A DNA stretch of 64,000 nt from a virus (Duplodnaviria > Caudoviricetes): the IMG/VR virus record IMGVR_UViG_3300017764_000001; one strand, given 5' to 3'. Both the position numbers and the translations under genes were made by a program. Within the stretch, counting starts at the first letter, position 1, and every line of letters starts with the position of its first letter. The notes beneath the pieces were generated by a model. It saw only the letters and a list, made by a program, of their open reading frames with translations. It did no database searches and was not told where the DNA came from. Of this stretch, positions 42,078-51,050 are shown piece by piece.

Positions 42078-43238
42078 ATGTCTGAAGCAAGGATTGACAG
42101 TATCTCAAACGAATCAAATACTGGTGGTCCTGTATTATCCGGAGTCACTGAGTTTTCTGGTCAGCAATATTTTGTACCACCATCTGGAACCACGGCGGAG
42201 AGACCATTCGATTGCCCGCCTGGTTCCATTCGTTTTAATACTGACTCTGCACACCTAGAGTATTGGAATGGAGAAGTATGGTTAGAGTTTGAGGCAAGTA
42301 GTGAAGAACTTGGTGACCAGAATCAAACTAACTCTGCTGGTGGAACAGGACATCGTGGATTAATTGCCGGTGGTTATTCTCCCGCACCTGGCGATCTTGT
42401 AGATAGAATAGAGTATATTTCAATATCAACTCTTGGGAATTCAGAAGATTTTGGTAATTTAGTTGCTGCTACCAGACTTGCAGGCAGTTGTGCCAGTTCT
42501 ACTAGAGGAATCTTTGCGGGTGGTGCTTCACCAGCACCAACAAAAACTAATAAAATAGATGTTGTAACCATAGCATCAACTGGAAATGCATCAGACTTTG
42601 GTAATTTATCGCTTATTAGAAATCAACTTTCTGGTTGCTCTAATCAAACTAGAGGACTCTTTGGTTCTGGTGATGCTCCCGCATCAATTACAAATGTAAT
42701 TGATTATATAACAATCGCATCAAACGGAGATGCAGTAGATTTTGGTGACTTACTTGCTGCTGCCGAACAAACAACATCATGTTCAAATTCAGTCAGAGGA
42801 CTTTGGGCTGGTGGAACTACTCCATCATTCAGCAATGTTATTCAATATGTTACCATTAGCACCACAGGAAACGCACAAGATTTTGGAGATTTGATAACAG
42901 CAAGAAACATTTCTGGATCTTGTTCAAATTCAACTCGTGGTCTATTTGGAGCTGGAAATACTCCCGGCAACGACGCATTAAATTCTATTGAGTTTATTAC
43001 CATTGCATCAACAGGAAATGCACAGGATTTTGGTGATTTAACTGTTGGGAGAAGAGCAGGACAAGCTGCTTGCTCTAGTCCCATTAGAGGGATCTTTGCT
43101 GGTGGTGATGCGGACCCTTTTACTAATGTAATAGATTTTGTCACAATATCAGCAACAGGAAATGCATCAGATTTTGGTGATTTGATAGGCCCAGTATCAC
43201 AGAATTGTGCCTGTTCTAATGGTCACGGAGGGTTATAA
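42078..43238 (+). CDS. Array paralogue P10: intact neck plus propeller, SNGHGGL tail
   Basis: FVPPSGTTAERP...GSIRFNTDSAHLEYWNGEVW. Confidence 0.8.
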   Translation: MSEARIDSISNESNTGGPVLSGVTEFSGQQYFVPPSGTTAERPFDCPPGSIRFNTDSAHLEYWNGEVWLEFEASSEELGDQNQTNSAGGTGHRGLIAGGYSPAPGDLVDRIEYISISTLGNSEDFGNLVAATRLAGSCASSTRGIFAGGASPAPTKTNKIDVVTIASTGNASDFGNLSLIRNQLSGCSNQTRGLFGSGDAPASITNVIDYITIASNGDAVDFGDLLAAAEQTTSCSNSVRGLWAGGTTPSFSNVIQYVTISTTGNAQDFGDLITARNISGSCSNSTRGLFGAGNTPGNDALNSIEFITIASTGNAQDFGDLTVGRRAGQAACSSPIRGIFAGGDADPFTNVIDFVTISATGNASDFGDLIGPVSQNCACSNGHGGL

Positions 43239-43240
43239 TC

Positions 43241-44398
43241 ATGTCAGAATTTAAGGCTTCAGGTTTCCACGACGAATTTGGTAATGCTGGTCCCGATCTT
43301 GTGGGGATCACAACAATGACCTCACCATATTATTTTGTCCCACCATCAGGCACAACAGCAGAAAGACCCAGTAACCCTCCACCAGGGATGTTGAGGTTTA
43401 ATACTGATATTGGAAGACTTGAGGTATGGAGAAACGACCACTGGGCAACGATACTTGGTGAGTCTCCTAATCTTGGTGATCATAATAACACAAACTCTTC
43501 TGGTGGAACAGGAACTCGTGGTGTATGGTCTGGTGGAAGAATTAATCCATCTGGTGGATACTCTGATAGAATGGATTATATTACTGTAGAAACTCTTGGT
43601 AATGCACTAACTTTCGATACATTATCAACAGGAAGAGCATATATTGCTGGATGTGCATCAAGAACCAAAGGGATTCTCTATGGTGGTGCTAATGGACCAA
43701 TCGTAAATACTATTGATAAATTTGTATTTGCTTCAACTGGCAGTAGATCAGATTTTGGTGATACTGTTCCATCTCATGCATCAAATGCTGGTGGTTATTC
43801 CAATGGAACTCGTGGAATATTTGCAGGTATAGCATCTCCATCATGGACCAATAGGATAGATTATATTACTATTGAGTCTGATGGAAGTGCTCAGGACTTT
43901 GGTGATATGATGTACTCGCAATATAATGCTGCTGCATGTGGTTCAAGTGTCCGTGCATTATTTGGTGCAGGTTATCGAAGTCCTGGAACTTATGAGAAAT
44001 ATATTGAATATGTAACTGCTTCAACAACAGGAAACAGTCAAGGTTTTGGTGATTTAACAGCAGATAGTAGAATAAGATCTTCTCTTTCCAATTCAACAAG
44101 AGGTGTATGGTCTGGAGGTTTGAATCCTGGCAACAATATAATTGACTTTGTGACTATCGCATCTACTGGTAATGCACAAGATTTTGGTGACATAATAGCA
44201 AATAGATTTGGTAATACTGGAGGTGCTGCATCAGCAACTCGTGGAGTATGGGGTGGTGGATATTCTGGCAGTGGAGATCGCACTAACCTGATGGAATATA
44301 TCACCATTTCGACAACTGGAAATTCCATAGATTTTGGTGATTTAACTGTGATTAGAGGATATGTTGATAGTGTTTCCAACGGTCACGGAGGTTTATAA
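43241..44398 (+). CDS. Array paralogue P11: intact neck plus propeller, SNGHGGL tail
   Basis: FVPPSGTTAERP...GMLRFNTDIGRLEVWRNDHW. Confidence 0.8.
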   Translation: MSEFKASGFHDEFGNAGPDLVGITTMTSPYYFVPPSGTTAERPSNPPPGMLRFNTDIGRLEVWRNDHWATILGESPNLGDHNNTNSSGGTGTRGVWSGGRINPSGGYSDRMDYITVETLGNALTFDTLSTGRAYIAGCASRTKGILYGGANGPIVNTIDKFVFASTGSRSDFGDTVPSHASNAGGYSNGTRGIFAGIASPSWTNRIDYITIESDGSAQDFGDMMYSQYNAAACGSSVRALFGAGYRSPGTYEKYIEYVTASTTGNSQGFGDLTADSRIRSSLSNSTRGVWSGGLNPGNNIIDFVTIASTGNAQDFGDIIANRFGNTGGAASATRGVWGGGYSGSGDRTNLMEYITISTTGNSIDFGDLTVIRGYVDSVSNGHGGL

Positions 44399-44400
44399 TC

Positions 44401-45546
44401 ATGTCAAGACTTAATGTAGGTAATCTTTATAACGAGAATGAAGATGGAGCACCGGTAGTATCAGGTATCTCTACATTCTCATCACCACACTATTTCATTC
44501 CACCATCAGGTTCAACGGCACAGAGACCTTCAAATCCTGGTGAGGGAATGATTCGTTTCAATACTGATAGTGGTCATCTTGAGTATTACACAGGAACTCA
44601 TTGGGCTGATGTGATTGTTAATAACCAGGAACTTGGTAATCAGTTAGTAACAAACTCTGCTGGTGGAACAGGAACTCGTGGATTGAGAGCAGGTGGACAA
44701 ACACCAAGTGTTACAGACACTATAGATTATGTAACGATTTCTACTCTTGGGAATGCACAAGATTTTGGTAATTTGACTGTATCTAGATTTGCTGTAGGGG
44801 CAGGTGCCTCAAGAACTAGAGGATTATTTTTTGGTGGAGGAACACCAACAAGAAAGAATGAGATTGATTTTGTGACGATTGCATCTACTGGAGATGCAAC
44901 TGATTTCGGAAATCTAACACAAACTTCAACAGCAAGTGGTTCTCAGGGAAGTAATGATACTAGAGCATTGAGGTTTGGTGGAGATACTGGATCTGCTGTG
45001 AATGTAATTGACTATATGACAATAGCATCAACAGGAGATGCAGTAGATTTTGGTGACATATCAACTAACTTATCTGGTGGTGCATCGGTTGCATCTTTAG
45101 TTCGTTGCGTGCTTGCCGGAGGAGACACTGCATCAGATGGAAGTATGATTAATACCATACAATATGTAACTATTTCAACAACAGGCAACACTCAAGAATT
45201 TGGTGATATTCTTTCGGCAAATGGTGGGAAAGGATTATCTAATTCTACTCGTGGTATTTTTAATATGGGAAATCCATCTGCATCCAATGTGCTTCAATTC
45301 ATAACCATTGCATCTACAGGCAATTCCCAAGATTTTGGTGATCTAACTCAAAATAATTTATCTGGTGGAGCTGGATGTTGTTCTTCATCAACTCGTGGAT
45401 TGTTTATGGGAATTAAAACTCCAACAGTTACAAATTCTATAGAATTTATTAGTATTTTAACCACAGGAAATGCATCAGATTTTGGAGATTTAACTCAGAC
45501 AGTAGCCAATAGCGTTGCTTGTTCCAACGGTCACGGAGGACTCTAA
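44401..45546 (+). CDS. Array paralogue P12: intact neck plus propeller, SNGHGGL tail
   Basis: FIPPSGSTAQRP...GMIRFNTDSGHLEYYTGTHW. Confidence 0.8.
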   Translation: MSRLNVGNLYNENEDGAPVVSGISTFSSPHYFIPPSGSTAQRPSNPGEGMIRFNTDSGHLEYYTGTHWADVIVNNQELGNQLVTNSAGGTGTRGLRAGGQTPSVTDTIDYVTISTLGNAQDFGNLTVSRFAVGAGASRTRGLFFGGGTPTRKNEIDFVTIASTGDATDFGNLTQTSTASGSQGSNDTRALRFGGDTGSAVNVIDYMTIASTGDAVDFGDISTNLSGGASVASLVRCVLAGGDTASDGSMINTIQYVTISTTGNTQEFGDILSANGGKGLSNSTRGIFNMGNPSASNVLQFITIASTGNSQDFGDLTQNNLSGGAGCCSSSTRGLFMGIKTPTVTNSIEFISILTTGNASDFGDLTQTVANSVACSNGHGGL

Positions 45547-45571
45547 ATATAACTATGGAGAGTAATATCTG

Positions 45572-46618
45572 ATGACGATTAAACCAGGAGCATTTAGATT
45601 TAATACCGACTCCATGAAGTTGGAGATCTTTCGTGGTAGTACAAACTATAATGGAACTGCTTCAATGGCAGGAATCGGCACACTTGCTGCTGGTCAGTGG
45701 GAAGAAATACAAGCAACGTCACCAGAGGTTCAGACTGGTGGAACTCGTGGTATTTTTGCTGGTGGATTTCCTATCAGTGATGTAATTGATTATATTAATG
45801 TTTCATCAACAGGAAACGCAATAGCATTTGATACTTTAACTAATGGGGCACAAATGATTGGTGCTGGTTGTGGGTCTAGAACAAGGGGATTATTTGGTGG
45901 TCAAACACAACCAACATATGTAAATACAGTTGATGCTGTTGAAATATCATCAACCGGAAGTCAATTTGACTACGGAGACTTATCTGTAGTAAGGGTCTTT
46001 GCTGCCCAATTTTCCAATCAAACTAGGGGAATAACTGCTGGTGGTAATATTACAGGGGGCATTACTTCTACCATTGATTATTTTACAATTGCAACATCAG
46101 GAACAACAGCACAAGATTTCGGTGATTTAATACATGGTGGTGGAGGACAACAAGCTGCTTGTGCATCACCAACCAGAGGGGTGATTATGCGTACAAATGC
46201 TCCAACAAATTCTCTAATGGAGTTTATAACAATATCAACGCAAGGGAATGGAGCAGATTTTGGTGATTCTCATCTTCAACAAGGTGGTGCTGGTGGAGCA
46301 TCAAATGCTATAAGAGGAATATTTGTTGGTGGATATAAATCAACAGCAACAAGTTACAACAATATCTCTTATATAACTATCGCAACACTTGGAAATTCTC
46401 AAGATTTTGGTGATTTAACTGAGAGTGGTGGAGAACTTGCCGGATGTGCAAGTCCAACTAGAATTGCATACGGCACAAGACTATCTCCCGGAAATGGTAG
46501 GGTAAATACAATTCAATATCTTCAAATTATGACTACTGGTAACACCGTTGATTTTGGAGATTTGACTTCGGGTAGAAGTGGTGGTGGTGGAACATCTAAT
46601 GGTCACGGAGGGTTATAA
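45572..46618 (+). CDS. Array paralogue P13: second-half neck plus propeller, SNGHGGL tail
   Basis: Starts IKPGAFRFNTDSMKLE; CTAAATA at 45543-45549. Confidence 0.8.
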   Translation: MTIKPGAFRFNTDSMKLEIFRGSTNYNGTASMAGIGTLAAGQWEEIQATSPEVQTGGTRGIFAGGFPISDVIDYINVSSTGNAIAFDTLTNGAQMIGAGCGSRTRGLFGGQTQPTYVNTVDAVEISSTGSQFDYGDLSVVRVFAAQFSNQTRGITAGGNITGGITSTIDYFTIATSGTTAQDFGDLIHGGGGQQAACASPTRGVIMRTNAPTNSLMEFITISTQGNGADFGDSHLQQGGAGGASNAIRGIFVGGYKSTATSYNNISYITIATLGNSQDFGDLTESGGELAGCASPTRIAYGTRLSPGNGRVNTIQYLQIMTTGNTVDFGDLTSGRSGGGGTSNGHGGL

Positions 46619-47682
46619 TGTCAGAATTTAGAATAGATCAAATCAAAAGTCAAGATGCAACCAGAGGGCCAGATGTAGCAGGTATCACTACATTCACTGG
46701 AACTTCTGGTATTGTAATGCCTTCTGGTGATACTGCCTATCGTGGTGGTAGAGGTCGTGGTGTATTTGGTGGTGGATATGACGCAAGTTCTCCATATCCT
46801 GGACAGCAAGTCATGGACTATGTGACTATTGCAACTCTTGGTAATGCAACTGATTTTGGTGATTTAAGTGTACCAAGATCCTCAAAACCAGGTGGATCTA
46901 GTTCTACAAGAGGACTTTTTATATCAGGAAGAAATCACCCGGTAGCTTACTATAATGTAATCGATTATATTACAATATCCTCAGTAGGTAATGCATTTGA
47001 TTTTGGAGATTTAGTACATAGTTACAACCCAGATCAAAAAGGGTCATCAAATCAAATTAGAGGAGTATATGCTGGTGGATATTTTGATTATGCAACTGCA
47101 GGCAATAAACCAAATCTTTGGTTAGGTGATATTGGATATTATACCATAGCAACAAAAGGAGATTCCTCTGATTTTGGAGAACTTTTAACTAAAGGAAGAA
47201 GAGGACACACAGGATCAAACGGAACTCGTGGAATATGGGCCAATACAAGAGGAGGAACCCCAGGAGAAACTAATATTTGGATTAATGCTATTGAGTATGT
47301 AAATATAATGACTACAGGAAATGGAATTGATTTTGGTGATTCGACCGTAACAAGGTCAAATACTTCTGGAAGTATGACATCATCAACAAGAATGGTGATG
47401 CAGGGTGGACTCGCTCCTGGTTATAATAATACAATTGATTATATAACAATGGCATCATTAGGAGATGCTATTGATTTTGGTGATACAGGTGCGGGTGCTG
47501 AGGCATCAACATCAACATCAAATTCAATAAGAGGAATTTTCACTCCAGGAACACCCTCAGCTGGAAATACAATAGAGTACATAACTATAGCAACTACTGG
47601 CAATTCATCTGACTTTGGCGATTTAAGTTTTGGTAGAAGAACTTATGGATCTCTTTCTGATTCACATGGAGGTCTAGGATAA
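46618..47682 (+). CDS. Array paralogue P14: first-half neck plus propeller, SDSHGGLG tail
   Basis: VMPSGDTAYRGGRGRG; TAATG overlaps on both sides. Confidence 0.8.
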   Translation: MSEFRIDQIKSQDATRGPDVAGITTFTGTSGIVMPSGDTAYRGGRGRGVFGGGYDASSPYPGQQVMDYVTIATLGNATDFGDLSVPRSSKPGGSSSTRGLFISGRNHPVAYYNVIDYITISSVGNAFDFGDLVHSYNPDQKGSSNQIRGVYAGGYFDYATAGNKPNLWLGDIGYYTIATKGDSSDFGELLTKGRRGHTGSNGTRGIWANTRGGTPGETNIWINAIEYVNIMTTGNGIDFGDSTVTRSNTSGSMTSSTRMVMQGGLAPGYNNTIDYITMASLGDAIDFGDTGAGAEASTSTSNSIRGIFTPGTPSAGNTIEYITIATTGNSSDFGDLSFGRRTYGSLSDSHGGLG

Positions 47683-48806
47683 TGGCACACGGAGAAAATT
47701 CACCACTTAATATAACTCCAGGAGCAATCAGATTTAACACGGACTCTATGAAGTTAGAGTATTTCCGTATTGGAATGGAAGGTGGAGATAGTAGTTCTTA
47801 TGCTGGTATTGGAACTGTTGCAGCAGGAGAATGGGTTCAACTCACAACAACATCACCAGAGGTTCAGACTGGTGGAACTCGTGGTGTGATGGTTGGAGGA
47901 TTTGATAATCCTACTGTAGATTCCTTCATCGATTATATAAATGTTAGCACGACTGGCAATGCAATTGATTTTGGTACGACATATCAAATTCAACAACCGT
48001 TTGCATTTTCATCCAGAACAAGAGGAATTATCGCGGGTGGAGGTCCAGGTCCCGCAAATGATAGTACTAGTCAAATTTCTGATATAAAATTTATAACCAT
48101 AGCATCAACCGGAAATATCACTACTTTTGGTGATATTGGTAGAGATACTGCTAGCAATGCTGGTGGCAACTCAAATGAAACAAGAGGATTAATTTGTGGA
48201 GGTAGAGGTGATGACGCATTCTCTCCCGTAAATACCATTGATTATATAACAATTTCATCCACGGGTAATGGACAAGATTTTGGTGATATACAATCCGGTG
48301 CAAATCGTATTCAACAAGCAGATTTTGGAAATTCTACAAGAGCAATTTTTGCAGGTGGTTATTATATAACCGGTAGTGATAGTGGATCATCAAAGACTAT
48401 TGAATATGTACATTATTCAACGCAGGGAAACACTGCTTATTTTGGAGATTGCACTCAATCACAAAATATAAGAATGGGTGGAGCATCTAATTCTATTCGT
48501 GGAGTATTTGGTGGTGGACAACCAAGAACTGGAAATTCTATAGATACAATTACCATTCCAACATTGGGAGATGCAATAGACTTTGGGGATTTGACTACTA
48601 GTAATAGAACATATTTAAATGCAGTTTCATCTCCTACTAGATGTGTTTTTATGGGTGGATCTGATACTGGTTCAACATATAGTGGTCAAAATGTTATTGA
48701 TTATGTTCAATTTGCGTCTAAAGGTGATGCAGTTGATTTTGGAGATTTAACTCATGGTAGAGCAAGACTTGGATCATTTTCCAACGGTCACGGTGGACTG
48801 GGATAA
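47682..48806 (+). CDS. Array paralogue P15: second-half neck plus propeller, SNGHGGLG tail
   Basis: ITPGAIRFNTDSMKLEYF. Confidence 0.8.
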   Translation: MAHGENSPLNITPGAIRFNTDSMKLEYFRIGMEGGDSSSYAGIGTVAAGEWVQLTTTSPEVQTGGTRGVMVGGFDNPTVDSFIDYINVSTTGNAIDFGTTYQIQQPFAFSSRTRGIIAGGGPGPANDSTSQISDIKFITIASTGNITTFGDIGRDTASNAGGNSNETRGLICGGRGDDAFSPVNTIDYITISSTGNGQDFGDIQSGANRIQQADFGNSTRAIFAGGYYITGSDSGSSKTIEYVHYSTQGNTAYFGDCTQSQNIRMGGASNSIRGVFGGGQPRTGNSIDTITIPTLGDAIDFGDLTTSNRTYLNAVSSPTRCVFMGGSDTGSTYSGQNVIDYVQFASKGDAVDFGDLTHGRARLGSFSNGHGGLG

Positions 48807-48837
48807 ATATTATGAGACACTATAGTCGGAGTAGCTG

Positions 48838-49992
48838 ATGGGATATGGTGGTGGAGGAGGCGGAGGTGGATCCGGTGGAGGAGGATCTGGTTCTGGTGGT
48901 TCAGGTGGATCCGGTGCTTCTGGTGGATCAGGATATCGTCGTGTAGGCGATGATAGAACCGCAAATTTATTCATAGATAATATAACTAACAGAGATGGAA
49001 GTAGTGGAACAGAAGTTGATGGTATTGTAGAAGTAAATTCCACAGCACATTTCATTCCTCCAAGTGGAACCACGGCAGAGAGAGGTAGTAGAGGTCGTGC
49101 TGTCTTTACTGGTGGATATCGTGATTCACCAACGTCAAAGAAGATTGATTATATAACAATTCAAACTTTAGGTAATGCGACAGAGTTTGGTAGTCTTACT
49201 AATAGTATATGGGGAACTGGAGTTTCTTCGTCAACTCGTGGTATATTTGCAGGGTCAATAGCTGCATCTCTTGGAACTCATATAGAATATTTTACTATTT
49301 CTGCAACAGGAAATTCTTTTGATTTTGGTGATTTGAGTGGGAATAGGAGAGGAACAGGAGGATGTTCTAATCAGACTCGTGCTGTTATTATGGGAGGATT
49401 CAATCCCTCTCAAGTTGATATAATGGAATATGTGACGATATCAGCAAAAGGAGATGTAACTGACTTTGGAAATTTGGAGATAGAATCTGGAGATGGTGGA
49501 TCATTTGCAAGTCCAACTCGCGGAATATTTTATAGTGCAAGAGTTCCCTCAGCAACAACTTTCGTAAATATAATAGAATATATCACAATTGCATCAACGG
49601 GTGATGCAAAAGAATTTGGTGATCAACTTTCATCAAAGAATAATGAAGGAACTGGATGCTCTAATTCAGTCCGTGGTCTTAAGGCACAAGGAAGCAACTC
49701 AGATCTTGGTTCTGGAAGTTCTAGTAGAGAAAATGTTATTGAGTATATTACAATAGCAACAACCGGAAATGCAACTGATTTTGGTGATTTGACATTGAAA
49801 AGATATGATGGAGGTGCTGCATCAACAGAAATTCGTGGAGTTTTTTATGGAGGCAATGATGGTCCTGGTAATACCAACATCATTGATTATGTGACTATTG
49901 CAACTCTTGGTAATGCAGCAGATTTCGGTGATGCTGTTGCTGCTGGGGGTAGACAAGATGGTCTTTCTGATTCTCATGGTGGTCTAGGATAA
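48838..49992 (+). CDS. Array paralogue P16: poly-Gly/Ser N-terminus, first-half neck plus propeller, SDSHGGLG tail
   Basis: MGYGGGGGGGGSGG...; FIPPSGTTAERGSRGR; ATAAATA at 48803-48809. Confidence 0.8.
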   Translation: MGYGGGGGGGGSGGGGSGSGGSGGSGASGGSGYRRVGDDRTANLFIDNITNRDGSSGTEVDGIVEVNSTAHFIPPSGTTAERGSRGRAVFTGGYRDSPTSKKIDYITIQTLGNATEFGSLTNSIWGTGVSSSTRGIFAGSIAASLGTHIEYFTISATGNSFDFGDLSGNRRGTGGCSNQTRAVIMGGFNPSQVDIMEYVTISAKGDVTDFGNLEIESGDGGSFASPTRGIFYSARVPSATTFVNIIEYITIASTGDAKEFGDQLSSKNNEGTGCSNSVRGLKAQGSNSDLGSGSSSRENVIEYITIATTGNATDFGDLTLKRYDGGAASTEIRGVFYGGNDGPGNTNIIDYVTIATLGNAADFGDAVAAGGRQDGLSDSHGGLG

Positions 49993-50015
49993 ATAATCGT
50001 ATGAGATATTAACAG

Positions 50016-51050
50016 ATGTCAGAGATTAAGGTAAACAATATACAAGGTTTAGAAGGAACTCATGGTCCTGTAATTTCTGGCACTGTTGAGATGAACTCTA
50101 CTGGTGCAATGTCACTACCAAGAGGTGATACCACCTATCGTGGTAGTAGAGGAACTGGTATCTTTGCCGGTGGTAGAACACCAACAGGTCTCAAAGAGGG
50201 GATGGATAAATTTACCATCTCTACTTTAGGTAATGGTCTTGATTTTGGCAATTTAACTACTGTAACGGCAGAATTTGGTGGTTGTGCATCATCTACTCGT
50301 GGTATCTTCATGGGTGGTGAACAATTTCCTGCCAATATCAATACCATACAATATCTTACAATATCTCAACTTGGAAATACTTTTGACTTTGGAGACTTAA
50401 CTTCGGTAAGAAGAGCAAATACTTGTCTATCTAATAATGTTAGAGGTATTTCACTAGGAGGAAATACCTCACCAGACACAGGTGCTGGAGGTAAAACTGA
50501 TATTGATTATATAACTATTGCAACAACAGGAAATTCATCCAAGTTTGGAGATTTGACAACAGATTCATCATATGGTATGGCAGGTGCGTCAACAACCAGA
50601 GGAATCATTGCACTAGGAAATAATCCATTTATATCTCCATTTGGACTATATACAAATATAGTGGAGTATATAACAATATCTACTGAAGGCAATGCACAAG
50701 ACTTTGGAGATTTGACAGTATCAAGAAGAGAAGGTGCAGGTGCTTCTAATTCCACAAGAGCAGTAATTTTTGGAGGAAATCAATCTCCAAATACTACAAA
50801 TGTTATTGATTATATGACGATTGCAAGTCTTGGTGATGCAATAGATTTTGGTGATTGTATTAATGGAAGTTCTTTATCAAATGCGTGTTCTTCACCAACT
50901 AGAGCAATTTTTGGTGATATGACTAGTGATGGTGATTCTGTTTCATATGTAACTATTAACACTCTCGGAAATGCACAAGATTTTGGTAATCTAGATCTTG
51001 CAAGAAATCAAACTGCTGGTTTTTCTGATTCACATGGAGGTATAGGATAA
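50016..51050 (+). CDS. Array paralogue P17: first-half neck plus propeller, SDSHGGIG tail
   Basis: SLPRGDTTYRGSRG; ATAAATA at 49989-49995. Confidence 0.8.
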   Translation: MSEIKVNNIQGLEGTHGPVISGTVEMNSTGAMSLPRGDTTYRGSRGTGIFAGGRTPTGLKEGMDKFTISTLGNGLDFGNLTTVTAEFGGCASSTRGIFMGGEQFPANINTIQYLTISQLGNTFDFGDLTSVRRANTCLSNNVRGISLGGNTSPDTGAGGKTDIDYITIATTGNSSKFGDLTTDSSYGMAGASTTRGIIALGNNPFISPFGLYTNIVEYITISTEGNAQDFGDLTVSRREGAGASNSTRAVIFGGNQSPNTTNVIDYMTIASLGDAIDFGDCINGSSLSNACSSPTRAIFGDMTSDGDSVSYVTINTLGNAQDFGNLDLARNQTAGFSDSHGGIG

